A stretch of 64,000 nt of DNA from an uncultured Candidatus Rokubacteria bacterium (GCA_963805625.1 CAWDVE010000017.1:704001-768000); one strand, 5' to 3'; positions 20,799 through 30,599 are shown, counted from the stretch's first letter. Numbers and translations: made by a program. The notes: generated by a model not told the origin, from the sequence alone.

Positions 20799-20830
20799 GC
20801 ACGGTCCTCCGGCAGGCGACTGGTGCCGGG

Positions 20831-20839
20831 ATTCTAGCA
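20831..20839 (-). promoter_or_regulatory. Putative extended -10 for the kinase operon
   Basis: TGcTAGAAT on minus strand about 30 nt upstream of ATG 20798. Confidence 0.5.
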
Positions 20840-21089
20840 CCTCACGACGCCCGCCAGGTGCCCAGAAGGAGGGCCGGGAGGTTCGTGCGGACCGCATACT
20901 CCTGCGGGCTGGGCGCTTCCAGATGAACCCACGCGCGGCGTCGCCTGGGCTCGCGGCACGGGATCGGCTGGAGCCGCCGCGGGCAAGCCGGGGTCGAGGC
21001 GCATCTGGGGCCGGATGTGCCGGCCCGCATGTGCTCCCTCCAGTCGCTCGCTGCCGGGGTCAGAGGGACAACCATCGGGCCCGCCCGAA

Positions 21090-21098
21090 TGATAGGAT
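21090..21098 (+). promoter_or_regulatory. Extended -10 implying a leaderless TA transcript
   Basis: TGaTAGGAT ends 6 nt before ATG 21105; no clear SD. Confidence 0.45.
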
Positions 21099-21104
21099 CG
21101 ACGC

Positions 21105-21329
21105 ATGGCTAGATCGGCGCGCGAGCTGTTCGAGGAGGCCATGAGGCTTGGTCCTGAGGAACGGGCGACACTCATGCGTCTTCTCATCGACACTCTCGAT
21201 GTCGAGACGGACGAAGGGGCCGAGGAAGCGTGGCGAGCCGAGATTGAGCGTCGGATCGCGGAGCTAGACTCCGGAGCGATCGAGACCGTCCCCTGGGAAG
21301 AGCTTCGAGCGCGGCTGTACCGGCGCTGA
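21105..21329 (+). CDS. Addiction-module antitoxin (TIGR02574-like)
   Basis: 'L.PEERATL...LIDTLD...EEAWRAEIERRIAELDSG..ETVPWEEL'. Confidence 0.85.
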   Translation: MARSARELFEEAMRLGPEERATLMRLLIDTLDVETDEGAEEAWRAEIERRIAELDSGAIETVPWEELRARLYRR

Positions 21330-21630
21330 ATGGTTCGGCCGGCCGTCAGGTTCCACCCCTGCTGCGGCGCGGGAGGCGGAATCCACGTATGACTGGCATG
21401 CCGCACGAAACCACGCAGCGGCAAGCGGCTTTCGCGAAGAGCTACGACACGCCATTGATGCAGTTGCTTCGAATCCACGGACATGGCCTCGCCACGGCAG
21501 CCGTGCTCGACGGTATGTGTTCCCGCGTTATCCCTTCAGCTTGGTGTACATCCTTCGCCGCGATGACATCGAGGTCGTCGCCATCGCTCACGGTCGACGC
21601 CGGCCTGGCTACTGGCGGTCACGACTCTGA
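21330..21630 (+). pseudogene. RelE/ParE-family toxin with +1 frameshift in a C run (21356-21359)
   Basis: MVRPAVRFHP|AAAREAESTYDW...RRYVFPRYPFSLVY...VVAIAHGRRRPGYWRSRL; span 301 nt (3n+1); absent from ORF track. Confidence 0.8.
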
Positions 21631-21664
21631 TCGGCCCCCGTACCCTCCGACTGCAGCGGCGGGG

Positions 21665-23065
21665 TCACCCGACAGCCGGGTGGCGGCGGTGCCAGTCGCT
21701 GCGGGTCTGATACGCCCGCGCCGCGGCGAGGATCGTGTTCTCGCTCCAGGCCCGTCCCACGAACTGGAGGCTCGTCGGTAGCTCGCGCTCGCCGAAGCCG
21801 TCGGGCACGGCCACCGCGGGGAGCCCCGCCGCGTTGCCGACCGCGCCCGTGGGGTCGAGGATCGTCCCGCCGAAGGCGCTCCGGAACGGCTCGTCGAGGC
21901 GGCTCGCCACCGTGAAACGGCCCGGGGCGACCAGGGCGTCGAGCCCGGCGAGGATGCGGTCGACCTCGCGCGCCACCACGACGCGGAGTCGGAGGGCCTT
22001 GATGTAGTCCTTGGCCAGGATCGCGTCCCGCGCGTAGAGCGCGTACCGGTCCTCTGGCGCCGTCAGCTCGGCGAGGGCGCCGCTCTCGACCAGCCCTTCG
22101 AGGGCGCTGGCCGCCTCGGCGAAGAGGATGGTCCGCGTGATGGCCTCGTAGGGGAGCGCCGGCAGCGCGACGTCCTCCACGGTGCCGAGCGTCCGCAGCA
22201 CGCCGAGGGCCTCCTCGAAGCGCGCCCGGACATCGGGATCCGCCACGTCCGCCGCCGCGCGGAGGACGCCGAACCGGAACCGCCGGCCGGGCGCATCCTC
22301 CGCCTCGTAGCGAAACGGGCGGTCCTCGGCGCTGGGATCGAGGGGGTCCGCGCCCGCGATCGCCTCCAGCACGAGGCCGCAGTCGTCAGCGGTGAGTCCG
22401 AGCGGGCCGACCTTGTCGAGGCTCCAGCTGAGCGCCATGGCGCCGTGGCGGCTGACCCGGCCCAGCGTGGGCCGGAGCCCGGTCACGCCGCAGTTCGCGG
22501 CCGGCGAGACGATCGACCCCCAGGTCTCGGAGCCGAGCGCGAAGGGCACGAGCCCCGCCGCGACCGCGGAGGCCGAGCCGCTCGAGGAGCCGCCGCTCCA
22601 CGCGTCCTCACCCCAGGGAGACCGGCCCGGTCCGGTGAACGACGCCCGGGGCTGCCGGTAGCCGGCGCCGCCCGCCAGCTCGACCATGGCGAGCTTCGCC
22701 GCGAGAATGGCGCCGGCGGCCTCGAGTCGCCGGATCACCGTGGCGTCGGTGTCGAAGGTCTGGCCGCGAAGCGGCGCGGCGCCCCAGGTGGTCGGGATGC
22801 CGCCCGCCGTTGCGAAGAGGTCCTTCGCGCCGTAGGGGATGCCGTGGAGCGGGCCGCGCCAGTGGCCGGCGGCGATCTCGGTCTCCGCGTGCCCGGCTTC
22901 GCGGAGCGCGCGCTCGCGCGTCACGGTGACGACCGCGTTGTAGCGGGGTCCCAGGCGTTCGAGCCGCTCCAGGAACTCCTCCGTCAGGGCGACCGGCGAG
23001 ATATGGCGCGCGCGCACGAGGGCCGCGAGCTCGCGGAGCGGCAGGAAGACCGGACTCGGCGTCAC
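21665..23065 (-). CDS. Amidase-signature family protein
   Basis: 'GPLHGIPYGAKDL', 'GGSSSGSASAVAAG', 'GSETWGSI..PAANCG' (Lys-cisSer-Ser triad). Confidence 0.92.
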   Translation of the reverse strand: MTPSPVFLPLRELAALVRARHISPVALTEEFLERLERLGPRYNAVVTVTRERALREAGHAETEIAAGHWRGPLHGIPYGAKDLFATAGGIPTTWGAAPLRGQTFDTDATVIRRLEAAGAILAAKLAMVELAGGAGYRQPRASFTGPGRSPWGEDAWSGGSSSGSASAVAAGLVPFALGSETWGSIVSPAANCGVTGLRPTLGRVSRHGAMALSWSLDKVGPLGLTADDCGLVLEAIAGADPLDPSAEDRPFRYEAEDAPGRRFRFGVLRAAADVADPDVRARFEEALGVLRTLGTVEDVALPALPYEAITRTILFAEAASALEGLVESGALAELTAPEDRYALYARDAILAKDYIKALRLRVVVAREVDRILAGLDALVAPGRFTVASRLDEPFRSAFGGTILDPTGAVGNAAGLPAVAVPDGFGERELPTSLQFVGRAWSENTILAAARAYQTRSDWHRRHPAVG

Positions 23066-23277
23066 GGTCGGGGCGGGGCGTCGGACAGGCGCGGCAGAAG
23101 CGGGCCGTCGGCGTTGTCGAGGCGGACCGCGCGGAGGGCGCGTGCCCCCTCGACGATCGAGGCGAGTCCGGTCCGGATCGCCTCGAGCTCCGCGGGCGTG
23201 AGGCGGCTGGCGTAGCGCTCCCGCACGAGCGAGAAGAGGAGGTCTTCCTCGCTCCTTGCCATCTCTGGCTCGGTCAT
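23062..23277 (-). CDS. Small 71-aa protein coupled to the amidase (GatC/AtzG-like position)
   Basis: GGAGG RBS; stop overlaps amidase GTG; 'RYASRLTPAELEAIR...ALRAVRLDNADGP'. Confidence 0.7.
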   Translation of the reverse strand: MTEPEMARSEEDLLFSLVRERYASRLTPAELEAIRTGLASIVEGARALRAVRLDNADGPLLPRLSDAPPRP

Positions 23278-23500
23278 GACTATTCCTCCCTTGTTCCGGC
23301 TGCCGGTCCCGATCCCGTCCTCGCGCGGTGGCGCGTCGCCGGTCATCATAGGCAGCGGTGCCCAGCGCGACAAGCGCCGGCGCCGTCCCCGGACCCGGTC
23401 CGGCAAGCCGCGCGGGGCTTGCGCGGACGACTCGCGAACCCTACCCTCACCCGGTGCGGCGCGGGACGGTCCCGAGTCGCGAGGGGAGGGACCGTTCACC

Positions 23501-24592
23501 GTGCCGTTCTACGAGCGCTTCCTGCGCCGGCTGCCCGTGCGTCGTCTCGCCCCGCGCGAGGACGGGCACCCGCTCGACGCCGCGGCGACCGGGCACATCT
23601 GCCGCGCGGAGCGGGCTCTCGTGGCGGTGGCCGCGGGCCTCGCGGTGCTTGGCTTTCTCGCCTACTACCTACCGGTCTACCGGGCTCCCCACCTCTTTCC
23701 CTCGGCCACCGTGGCGCTGCCTCTCGTCGGCGGCACGGTGCGACTTCCCTGGGGTGAGCTCGCCTGGGCCGTCGTCCTCACCACCATCGAGCTCTTCCTG
23801 CTCGCGCTCCTGAGCATCGTCGGGGTCCACGAGATCGCCGTCGCCACCGGCTTCCTGACGCCCGAGACCAAGCAGGATCGCGTGCCGGCGCTCCTGTCGA
23901 TCGGGCTCGAACGGAAGACCACGGAGGTCACCCGGTACGGCATCGACCCCTTCGAGGGGCTCCACCCGTGGATGCTGTTCCTGTTCAACCTGGTGCTCCG
24001 GCTCAAGGGGTTCCTCGCGAACCAGGTCGTCCGCTACCTCGTCCGCCTCCTCCTCGGGCGCTACGCCGTGCGCGCCCTGCTGGACTTTGCCGGCGTCCCG
24101 CTCTACATGGCCATCAACGCCTACGCGGCGTACGCGGTTCTCCGGGAGGCCAAGGTCGTCCTGATGGGGCCGGAGGCGATCCGCGCGCTGGTGCGGCGCG
24201 ATCCGGGGCAGGCCCTATCCCCCGCGGAGCGCGTGCTCGTCTACGACACGCTCCAGTACATCGCGGTCAGCAAGCGCGACTTTCACCAGAATCACTATCT
24301 CCTGACCAAGGAGCTGCTGGAGCTCTGGCACGTGCCCGCGGAGGCACGGCATCCCCTGCCGGCGGACTACCTCGAGCGCCTGGCGACCGCGCTGCCTCAC
24401 GCGAGGGCGTTCTGTCAGGTGCTGATCCTGTCCGGATTCGTCCTCGACGGCCAGCTGTCCCGGCGCGAGCTCCGGCGGCTCGACACGATGAAGCGCCTCG
24501 GCATTCTCCCCGACAGTCCGGCGGAGGTGAGGCGCCGGTTGCGCCGGTTCCTCAAGGGGGGCGGGCTGCCCCTCGACCGGCTGCCGGGCTGA
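23501..24592 (+). CDS. Hypothetical membrane protein, possible TerB-like C-terminus
   Basis: Several hydrophobic helices; 'FVLDGQLSRRE' near C-terminus; GGGGAGG before GTG 23501. Confidence 0.6.
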   Translation: MPFYERFLRRLPVRRLAPREDGHPLDAAATGHICRAERALVAVAAGLAVLGFLAYYLPVYRAPHLFPSATVALPLVGGTVRLPWGELAWAVVLTTIELFLLALLSIVGVHEIAVATGFLTPETKQDRVPALLSIGLERKTTEVTRYGIDPFEGLHPWMLFLFNLVLRLKGFLANQVVRYLVRLLLGRYAVRALLDFAGVPLYMAINAYAAYAVLREAKVVLMGPEAIRALVRRDPGQALSPAERVLVYDTLQYIAVSKRDFHQNHYLLTKELLELWHVPAEARHPLPADYLERLATALPHARAFCQVLILSGFVLDGQLSRRELRRLDTMKRLGILPDSPAEVRRRLRRFLKGGGLPLDRLPG

Positions 24593-24597
24593 CGGCC

Positions 24598-25785
24598 TCA
24601 GTACAGGTAAAGGTGGAGGCCCAGCCCGATGTATTCCACCTTGTCCCGGTAAAACTGCCCGTTCGGGGAGTAGCCGTTGAAGTACTCGACCAGGAGCTGC
24701 ACTTTCCGCTCGAAGACCGACAGCTTCTCGAACTGGACGCCGGCCCGGAGGGACACGTCGGCATGCCAGTCGTTCTGCTCGCGATACTGGACGTCGATCG
24801 CGGCGAGGGGTCGCAGAGTGCCGTTGAAGTAGGCGTGAGGGCTTCGTACCTCGACGCCCATCTGGGTCCACCAGGGTTTGAGGTCGTCGGGGTCGCCGCG
24901 GACGATGTATCCGCCGCCCCCGTACACGCGGAGCCACTCGGCCACCTCGTAGGACAGTCGCAGATCCACGGCTTCGTAGCTCAGATTCACGCGCTCGACC
25001 CGGTTCTCGATGAGGAACTCGTCACCGAGGTGCGAGCTCTGGTGGAAGTAGCGTGCGAGCGCCGAGAAGTCGCCTGCACGGTACGCGACCGGGAAGCCCA
25101 CGAGGTAGTCGGAGTTGACGAGATCGCTCGATGGCGCGTCCATGTCGAAGAGGCTGAAGACGCCGGCCTGGATTCCGACTTCCCAGGCCCCGCCTTTCTC
25201 CCCCAGCGGGCCCCGCAGCACCGAGATCGTCTCGCCCAGACTCGCGAGGGCCGCGTTGCCGAGCCGCGCGTCCTCGTGGAAGCGCTGGTACGCGGCGGAG
25301 AAGTGGGGCCAGCGCGGATCCGCGATCAGGGGAGCGAACAGGAGGCCTTTCGGCAGGATCTCGAGGCCCCGGCGCGGCACCTCGGCCTCCACGGCGGGGC
25401 CGCTCGGCGTCGCCGCCGTTGTCGGGAGCGGTGACGCCGCCGGCGGGGCCGTCGCGGGTGGCTGTCGCAGTCCGACGACTACGACTTCCCGAACGCCCCC
25501 GATCGTCGAGAGCGTCGCAACGAGCTTCTCGCGGTCGCTGCCCGGCAGGCCCGCGACCTCCACCGTGACCACGCCGTCCTTCACGCTGATCTTGCTGCCT
25601 TTGACATCCATCTGTCGCTCGAGCACGGCCGTCACGTAGCCCGCCACGTAGGCGTCCTCGGCCGGCCCGGCCAGGACGGGGGCCGTTACGAGAGCCATCC
25701 ACAGCCCGACCGTCATGCAGGCGGAGGCGCGAGCGAGCCCGAATCGAGGGTCTGCGGCTGCGACTTCCTGTCGACCTCGCGTCAC
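24598..25785 (-). CDS. DUF1207-domain outer-membrane beta-barrel-like protein
   Basis: Signal peptide; 'PLIADPRWPHF','DLVNSDY','FHQSSHLGDEF','GYSPNGQFY'; C-terminal aromatic residue; start may be 25716. Confidence 0.8.
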   Translation of the reverse strand: MTRGRQEVAAADPRFGLARASACMTVGLWMALVTAPVLAGPAEDAYVAGYVTAVLERQMDVKGSKISVKDGVVTVEVAGLPGSDREKLVATLSTIGGVREVVVVGLRQPPATAPPAASPLPTTAATPSGPAVEAEVPRRGLEILPKGLLFAPLIADPRWPHFSAAYQRFHEDARLGNAALASLGETISVLRGPLGEKGGAWEVGIQAGVFSLFDMDAPSSDLVNSDYLVGFPVAYRAGDFSALARYFHQSSHLGDEFLIENRVERVNLSYEAVDLRLSYEVAEWLRVYGGGGYIVRGDPDDLKPWWTQMGVEVRSPHAYFNGTLRPLAAIDVQYREQNDWHADVSLRAGVQFEKLSVFERKVQLLVEYFNGYSPNGQFYRDKVEYIGLGLHLYLY

Positions 25786-26034
25786 GGTGTCGTCCTCCCG
25801 CTACGCCGCTTCCGAGCGATGCGGCATGAGTTGTCGCTCCATCCCATGTGGCGGAGTCGTACGGCCGGTTCAGGGCCGTGGGGCGCGCCGTCTGGACCAG
25901 TGGCACGGGGCTTGCCCTGAGTAGGGGTTGGAAGACGCCTCATGCGCCGGAGCGACCGTCGGCTCGTGAACACCCCGAACCAAGTGTGTGCGAGCGCCGT
26001 GCCGGCGCCAGGCAGTCTTCGAGGAGGTGGAGTG

Positions 26035-26346
26035 ATGCGTCGAATCTTGCGGCAGGGCGTGCGTGCGAGTGCGGTCTTACTGGCGAGCGCCACGCTTGCG
26101 CTGGCCCCAGGTCTGGCGGCCCAGTCCCAGAACGGATCCGATCAGGTGAGCGATGGGACCAAGCAGACAGGGCAGGGAACCGCCGAGACCTCCAAGCGTG
26201 CCGGGAAATCAGGGCAGAGCGCGGGGGACGTGGGTGACCGGCTGCACGACAGTGCGAAGAACTTCGGCGAAGCCTTGCTGGGGGGGATCAAGTACGCGGG
26301 GCGCACGGTCATCAACTTCTTCAACGACGACAAGCCCAAGAAATAG
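26035..26346 (+). CDS. Small secreted hypothetical protein
   Basis: GGAGG upstream; signal peptide then hydrophilic/amphipathic 'LHDSAKNFGEALLGGIKY'. Confidence 0.65.
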   Translation: MRRILRQGVRASAVLLASATLALAPGLAAQSQNGSDQVSDGTKQTGQGTAETSKRAGKSGQSAGDVGDRLHDSAKNFGEALLGGIKYAGRTVINFFNDDKPKK

Positions 26347-26386
26347 GCGCCCGCAGTGGAGAAGTGCGAGAGGGGGTGACGCGCGC

Positions 26387-26812
26387 ATGCGTCCACGGGA
26401 CACTGTCGCGATGTTTGTGATGGTGCTCGTCCTGGGTGGGCTTATCGCCCGCGGGGCTAATGTCGATCCCCCGGCGGCGGGGGGGGCAGACGCTGGCGCG
26501 CTCTCGGCGACCGGTGGAAGTGGTCTCCAGACGGTCGCGCCTCCCCGCGGCCGGTTCCTCGAAGAGGAGCGCGATCCTGGTCAGGGGCCGAGGCTGCACG
26601 AGCCGGTGTTTCTCGAGCCGGCGGCGACCACGACCGAGCATGCCCGCTTCGGTCTGAGCACGTGGATCACGCCGGGCGCGCCGTTTGACCATCGCGAGGA
26701 TCCGGGCGGAGTCGCAATCGGGCTCACGATCGCCTGGCCTGCGCCGGCTCGCCCGGCCCGCGATGTCCCCTCCTCGGGTCCGACCCCGTGGCGAGGGTCG
26801 GCCGCGCGCTGA
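26387..26812 (+). CDS. Hypothetical protein with N-terminal TM/signal
   Basis: ATG 26387, hydrophobic N-terminus, operon-like spacing. Confidence 0.5.
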   Translation: MRPRDTVAMFVMVLVLGGLIARGANVDPPAAGGADAGALSATGGSGLQTVAPPRGRFLEEERDPGQGPRLHEPVFLEPAATTTEHARFGLSTWITPGAPFDHREDPGGVAIGLTIAWPAPARPARDVPSSGPTPWRGSAAR

Positions 26813-27783
26813 TCGTCGCGGGGGCGGCGCTGGGCATCCTGGCGGCTGACTCCGGCGCCATCCTTCCGGAGCGGTCCCCGGGCCCGGCGCCGCTCACGCT
26901 CCGCTTCGTGACGCTCAATCTCCTGCACGGCGGTATCTTCTCGGGGCTCACCGGCGACGACGGGGCGCTCGAGGAGCGCCTGCACCTGGCCGTGGAGGGG
27001 CTTCGCGCCATCGACGCCGACGTCGTGGGGCTCCAGGAGGCGTCGACGGGCCGGCACCGCGGGAACGTGCCCGCCCGCCTGGCCGCGGCCCTCGGATACC
27101 AATACGTCCACGCTCCTGCGGCGACCCGGCCGTTCGGCAGCGAGCACATGCGCCGGGCGGTGGCGTCGGTCCTCGGCTTCACCGAAGGTCCCGCGCTCCT
27201 GAGCCGCTTCCCGATCACGCGCTGGCGGGCGTACGAGCTGCCGCGCTGCGGGCGGCCGTTCGATGTGCGCGTGCTCCTCGCCGTGGAGCTCGAGACCCCC
27301 GCCGGCCGGCTGACGGCCTTCTCGGCCCACACCTCCGGGGACGCGTGCCATGCGCGCGCGGTCGCCAACCTTGTCCGGGCGAACGCTGGGCAGCTGCCCG
27401 CCGTGGTGATGGGGGACTTCAACGCGGCGCCCTCGTCCCTGGCCGTGAGACACCTCACGCGCGAGGCCGGCTTCGTGGACGCGTTCGAGCGCGTGAACCC
27501 CGCGGCGCCCGGCTTCACCGATGGGCAGGACGTTGAGGCCGCGCGAGCGACCGCCGATCAGCGGATCGACTACGTGTTCCTCGCGCCGGGCCAGCGCGTG
27601 TCCGGCGAGGTGGTGGCAAGCCGGGTGGTACTGCACAAGCCGAGCGGTCCGGCCCGGGTCCGATGGCCGTCGGACCACTACGGGGTGCTGGCGGAGATCG
27701 CCCTCGACGGGCCGGCGTCGCTACCCCTCGGGGGGAGCAGGATCGACCGCAGCGCCGGCCGCTCGCGGGGCGGCGGGGGTTGA
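26788..27783 (+). CDS. Endonuclease/exonuclease/phosphatase family protein
   Basis: 'VTLNL','DVVGLQE','MGDFN','RIDYVF','PSDHYGV'; N-terminal signal/TM. Confidence 0.9.
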   Translation: MARVGRALIVAGAALGILAADSGAILPERSPGPAPLTLRFVTLNLLHGGIFSGLTGDDGALEERLHLAVEGLRAIDADVVGLQEASTGRHRGNVPARLAAALGYQYVHAPAATRPFGSEHMRRAVASVLGFTEGPALLSRFPITRWRAYELPRCGRPFDVRVLLAVELETPAGRLTAFSAHTSGDACHARAVANLVRANAGQLPAVVMGDFNAAPSSLAVRHLTREAGFVDAFERVNPAAPGFTDGQDVEAARATADQRIDYVFLAPGQRVSGEVVASRVVLHKPSGPARVRWPSDHYGVLAEIALDGPASLPLGGSRIDRSAGRSRGGGG

Positions 27784-29085
27784 CCGCCGGCTGGCGTCGG
27801 CGGCCTGCGGTTCCGCCCTGAGGGCCCGCGCGAGCGGCGAGCGCAACCGGCGGGGCACGACGCGGCCGAGGTCCACGCGGTCGGCGGCCGCGAAGCGGGC
27901 CAGCGACCAGAGCGCGTCCGCCATGCCGGCCAGCGCCGCGTCCTGGTCGACCGGCCCCCAGGTTGCGGCGGGCGGCGCGGCGCCGGTCGCGAACCAGCGC
28001 TCGAAATGGATCCCGCGCACGGCCAGCCGGCGCTCGGGCCGGTGGGCCTTGACGTCTACGCGGCCGATAAGCTGGCCGTCGTGGAGGGTCGGCAGCGTGT
28101 AATAGCCGTGAACCCGCTGCGGCCCCGGCGTGTACACCTCGATGCGGTAGGCGAAGCCGAAGAGCCGCTCCACGCGCTCGCGATGCCAGAGCAAGGAGTC
28201 GAAGGGGGAGAGGAAGGTCGTGCCCCGCGACCCGGCCCGCCGGCGGGCGGCGCGCTCGAGCGCCGGGAGGTCGCGCGCCAGGGCGAGCCAGCGGGTGCGC
28301 GACCCCTTGACCTCGATCTCCACGACCTCGCCCTGCTCCAGGAGGCGCCGGAGCGCGGCGCGCCGGACGCCCGGCCCCATGCGCGGGAAGGTGAGGTAGC
28401 GGGTGAGATCGGTGTCGGTGGCCCCGCCCATCGCGTGGAGCGAGCGCTCCACGTGCCACGCCCGGAACGCTTCCGTGGTGGCGGGCTCGACTCCCGGCCA
28501 GGCGGACAGGACGCGCTCGGTCAGATCGTAGCGCTTCTGGAAGTGCGGGCGCGAGTGGACCGCGAGCGTACCGGTCATCCAGAGGTAGTGGAGCGCGTGC
28601 TGGGCCGGCTTCCAGCTCCACCAGCCGCCGCGCCCGGCTGGCCGGCGGTGCTCGAAGTCTGCGCTGCCCGCAGGGCCGTTGGCCCGGATCGCTTCCGTGA
28701 CCAGGTCGAGCGTCCGGCGGTGCCGGCGGAGCCACGAGGACCACCCGGTGTGACGGAGCCGGTAGTCCAGCATGGCCCGGCGCCAGAGCGCGAGGTGCGA
28801 GGCGGGGACGAGGCACGCCGCATGCGCCCAGTACTCGAAGAGGAGGCGGCGCCGGTAGACGAGCCGGTCGAGCCGCGCGCGCTCGTAGGGGCCGAAGCGG
28901 CTCCAGAGCGTGAGATAGTGCGCGCGGTCGAGGACGTTGATCGAGTCGAGCTGGAGGCCGCCCGCGTCCTCGACGAATCCGACGAGCCGCCGGGGGGTCA
29001 GCCGGTGGGCGCGCGGGCGCGTCAGATGCTGCCGCTCGAGGAAGAGCGCGGCGACCGCATGGAGGGGGAACGTCGGGACCGGCAC
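27721..29085 (-). CDS. ycaQ: YcaQ/AlkZ-family DNA glycosylase (HTH_42)
   Basis: QxD motif 'LQLDSINVL.RAHY','FEYWAHAAC','LSPFDSLLW.RER','YRIEVYTP...R.HGYY'. Confidence 0.88.
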   Translation of the reverse strand: MPVPTFPLHAVAALFLERQHLTRPRAHRLTPRRLVGFVEDAGGLQLDSINVLDRAHYLTLWSRFGPYERARLDRLVYRRRLLFEYWAHAACLVPASHLALWRRAMLDYRLRHTGWSSWLRRHRRTLDLVTEAIRANGPAGSADFEHRRPAGRGGWWSWKPAQHALHYLWMTGTLAVHSRPHFQKRYDLTERVLSAWPGVEPATTEAFRAWHVERSLHAMGGATDTDLTRYLTFPRMGPGVRRAALRRLLEQGEVVEIEVKGSRTRWLALARDLPALERAARRRAGSRGTTFLSPFDSLLWHRERVERLFGFAYRIEVYTPGPQRVHGYYTLPTLHDGQLIGRVDVKAHRPERRLAVRGIHFERWFATGAAPPAATWGPVDQDAALAGMADALWSLARFAAADRVDLGRVVPRRLRSPLARALRAEPQAADASRRSTPAAPRAAGAAVDPAPPEG

Positions 29086-29099
29086 GCCAGCGAGGCGGG

Positions 29100-30599
29100 T
29101 CAGGGCGCGAGGCGCACGCGCAAGACCGACACGGAGTGCGCCGGGAACTCGTACTCGAGGCGGTCCCCCGCGGCCGGACGCCGGTGCTCGCGGACGCCGA
29201 CCCGGTCCGGGTGCTCGAAGGAGTTCGTGGCGCCCACCTCGGGGCCGTTGACCTCGGAGACGTGGAGCTCTCCGGTCGCTGTGGCGCCGCCCAGGTCGAT
29301 CGTCGCCGCGTGGCTCCGGTCGCGGTCGCGGTTGACGACCCCGATCGTCAGCTCGCGCCCGCCCTCGTCGCAGGTCGCGACGGCGTCGAGGAGGGAGAAC
29401 GGCCCGAGGTCGGCGACGTGGTGGACGCGGCCGAACGTCCGCTCCTCCAGCCCGGCCGGTAGGTCGTGACGGGGCGCGTCGACGTGAACGTCGAGCGCGA
29501 CGGTCCGCATGTGCTCGGCGTAGAGGCGCAGCGGATGGTAGATGGTCTGGAGGAACAGGCCTCGCGGGCTCGTGAAGATCGGCGCGATGGCGTTGACGAG
29601 CTGGGCGAGGTTGGCCATCCGGACGACCCGGCAGTGCCGGATGAAGCCGTGGAGGTAGGTGGCCACCGCCAGCGCGTCCGTGAGGTCGTAGCGCTCCTCG
29701 ATGCCGCTCACCCGGTCCTTCTCGGTCCGCGTCCGGTACCAGACGTTCCACTCGTCGAACGCGATGTCGATCGGATGGGTGAGCCGCTGCGTGTAGCGGG
29801 CGCGCTCGATCAGGGCCGCGCAGATGCGGATGGCCCGCTCCGCGTGGTGCGACTGGAAGACAGTGGTGTAGTGATCCGCCTGGCCCGTGTAGAGATGGAT
29901 GCTGTACCAGTCGATGATCGGAGCGAGCCCGTCGATGACGATCTGGTCCCAGTCGCTCCACCCGTTGTGGCCGCAGCCGATGAGCTGGATCTCGGGATCG
30001 GTGCGCTTCATGACCAGGGCGAAGGCCCGCGCCTTCTTGACGTAGTCCTCCGGGCTCAGGTGCCCGATCTGCCAGCTTCCGTACATCTCGTTGCCGAGTC
30101 CCCAGTAGCGCACGCGGTGGGGCTCGGGGTAGCCGTGACTCCGCCGGAGGTTCGCCCAGTGGGTGTTCCCTGTGCCGTTGCAGTACTCCACCCACGCCTG
30201 GGCCTCGTCCATCGTGCCCGAGCCCATGTTCACGCAGATGTACGGCTCCGTGTCGAGAACCCGGCAGTACTCGATGAACTCGTTCGTGCCGAAGCGGTTC
30301 GACTCCTCCGCGCACCATGCGAGCTCGCTGCGCCGGGGCCGGTCGTCGACCGGGCCGACGCCGTCGGTCCAGTGGTACCCGCTCACGAAGTTCCCCCCTG
30401 GCCAGCGGAGCACCGGCACGCGGAGCAGGCGGACCGCGTCCAGCACATCCCGCCGGAAGCCGCGCGCGTCGCTGAGCGGCGAGCCCTCCTCGAAGATGCC
30501 GCCGTAGATGCAGCGGCCGAGGTGTTCGATGAAGTTGCTGAAGATCCGCCGGTCCACGGTGCCGATCCGACGGGCGAGGTCGATCGTGATTCGCGCCAT
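29100..30599 (-). CDS. abfA: GH51 alpha-L-arabinofuranosidase
   Basis: 'FIEHLGRCIYGGI','RWPGGNFVSGY','WGLGNEMYG' (acid/base), 'AFDEWNVWY' (nucleophile). Confidence 0.95.
   Translation of the reverse strand: MARITIDLARRIGTVDRRIFSNFIEHLGRCIYGGIFEEGSPLSDARGFRRDVLDAVRLLRVPVLRWPGGNFVSGYHWTDGVGPVDDRPRRSELAWCAEESNRFGTNEFIEYCRVLDTEPYICVNMGSGTMDEAQAWVEYCNGTGNTHWANLRRSHGYPEPHRVRYWGLGNEMYGSWQIGHLSPEDYVKKARAFALVMKRTDPEIQLIGCGHNGWSDWDQIVIDGLAPIIDWYSIHLYTGQADHYTTVFQSHHAERAIRICAALIERARYTQRLTHPIDIAFDEWNVWYRTRTEKDRVSGIEERYDLTDALAVATYLHGFIRHCRVVRMANLAQLVNAIAPIFTSPRGLFLQTIYHPLRLYAEHMRTVALDVHVDAPRHDLPAGLEERTFGRVHHVADLGPFSLLDAVATCDEGGRELTIGVVNRDRDRSHAATIDLGGATATGELHVSEVNGPEVGATNSFEHPDRVGVREHRRPAAGDRLEYEFPAHSVSVLRVRLAP

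Noticed and set aside
21665-23065. gatA assignment
   Set aside because: No gatB adjacent, and ETWGS replaces the DTGGS typical of GatA
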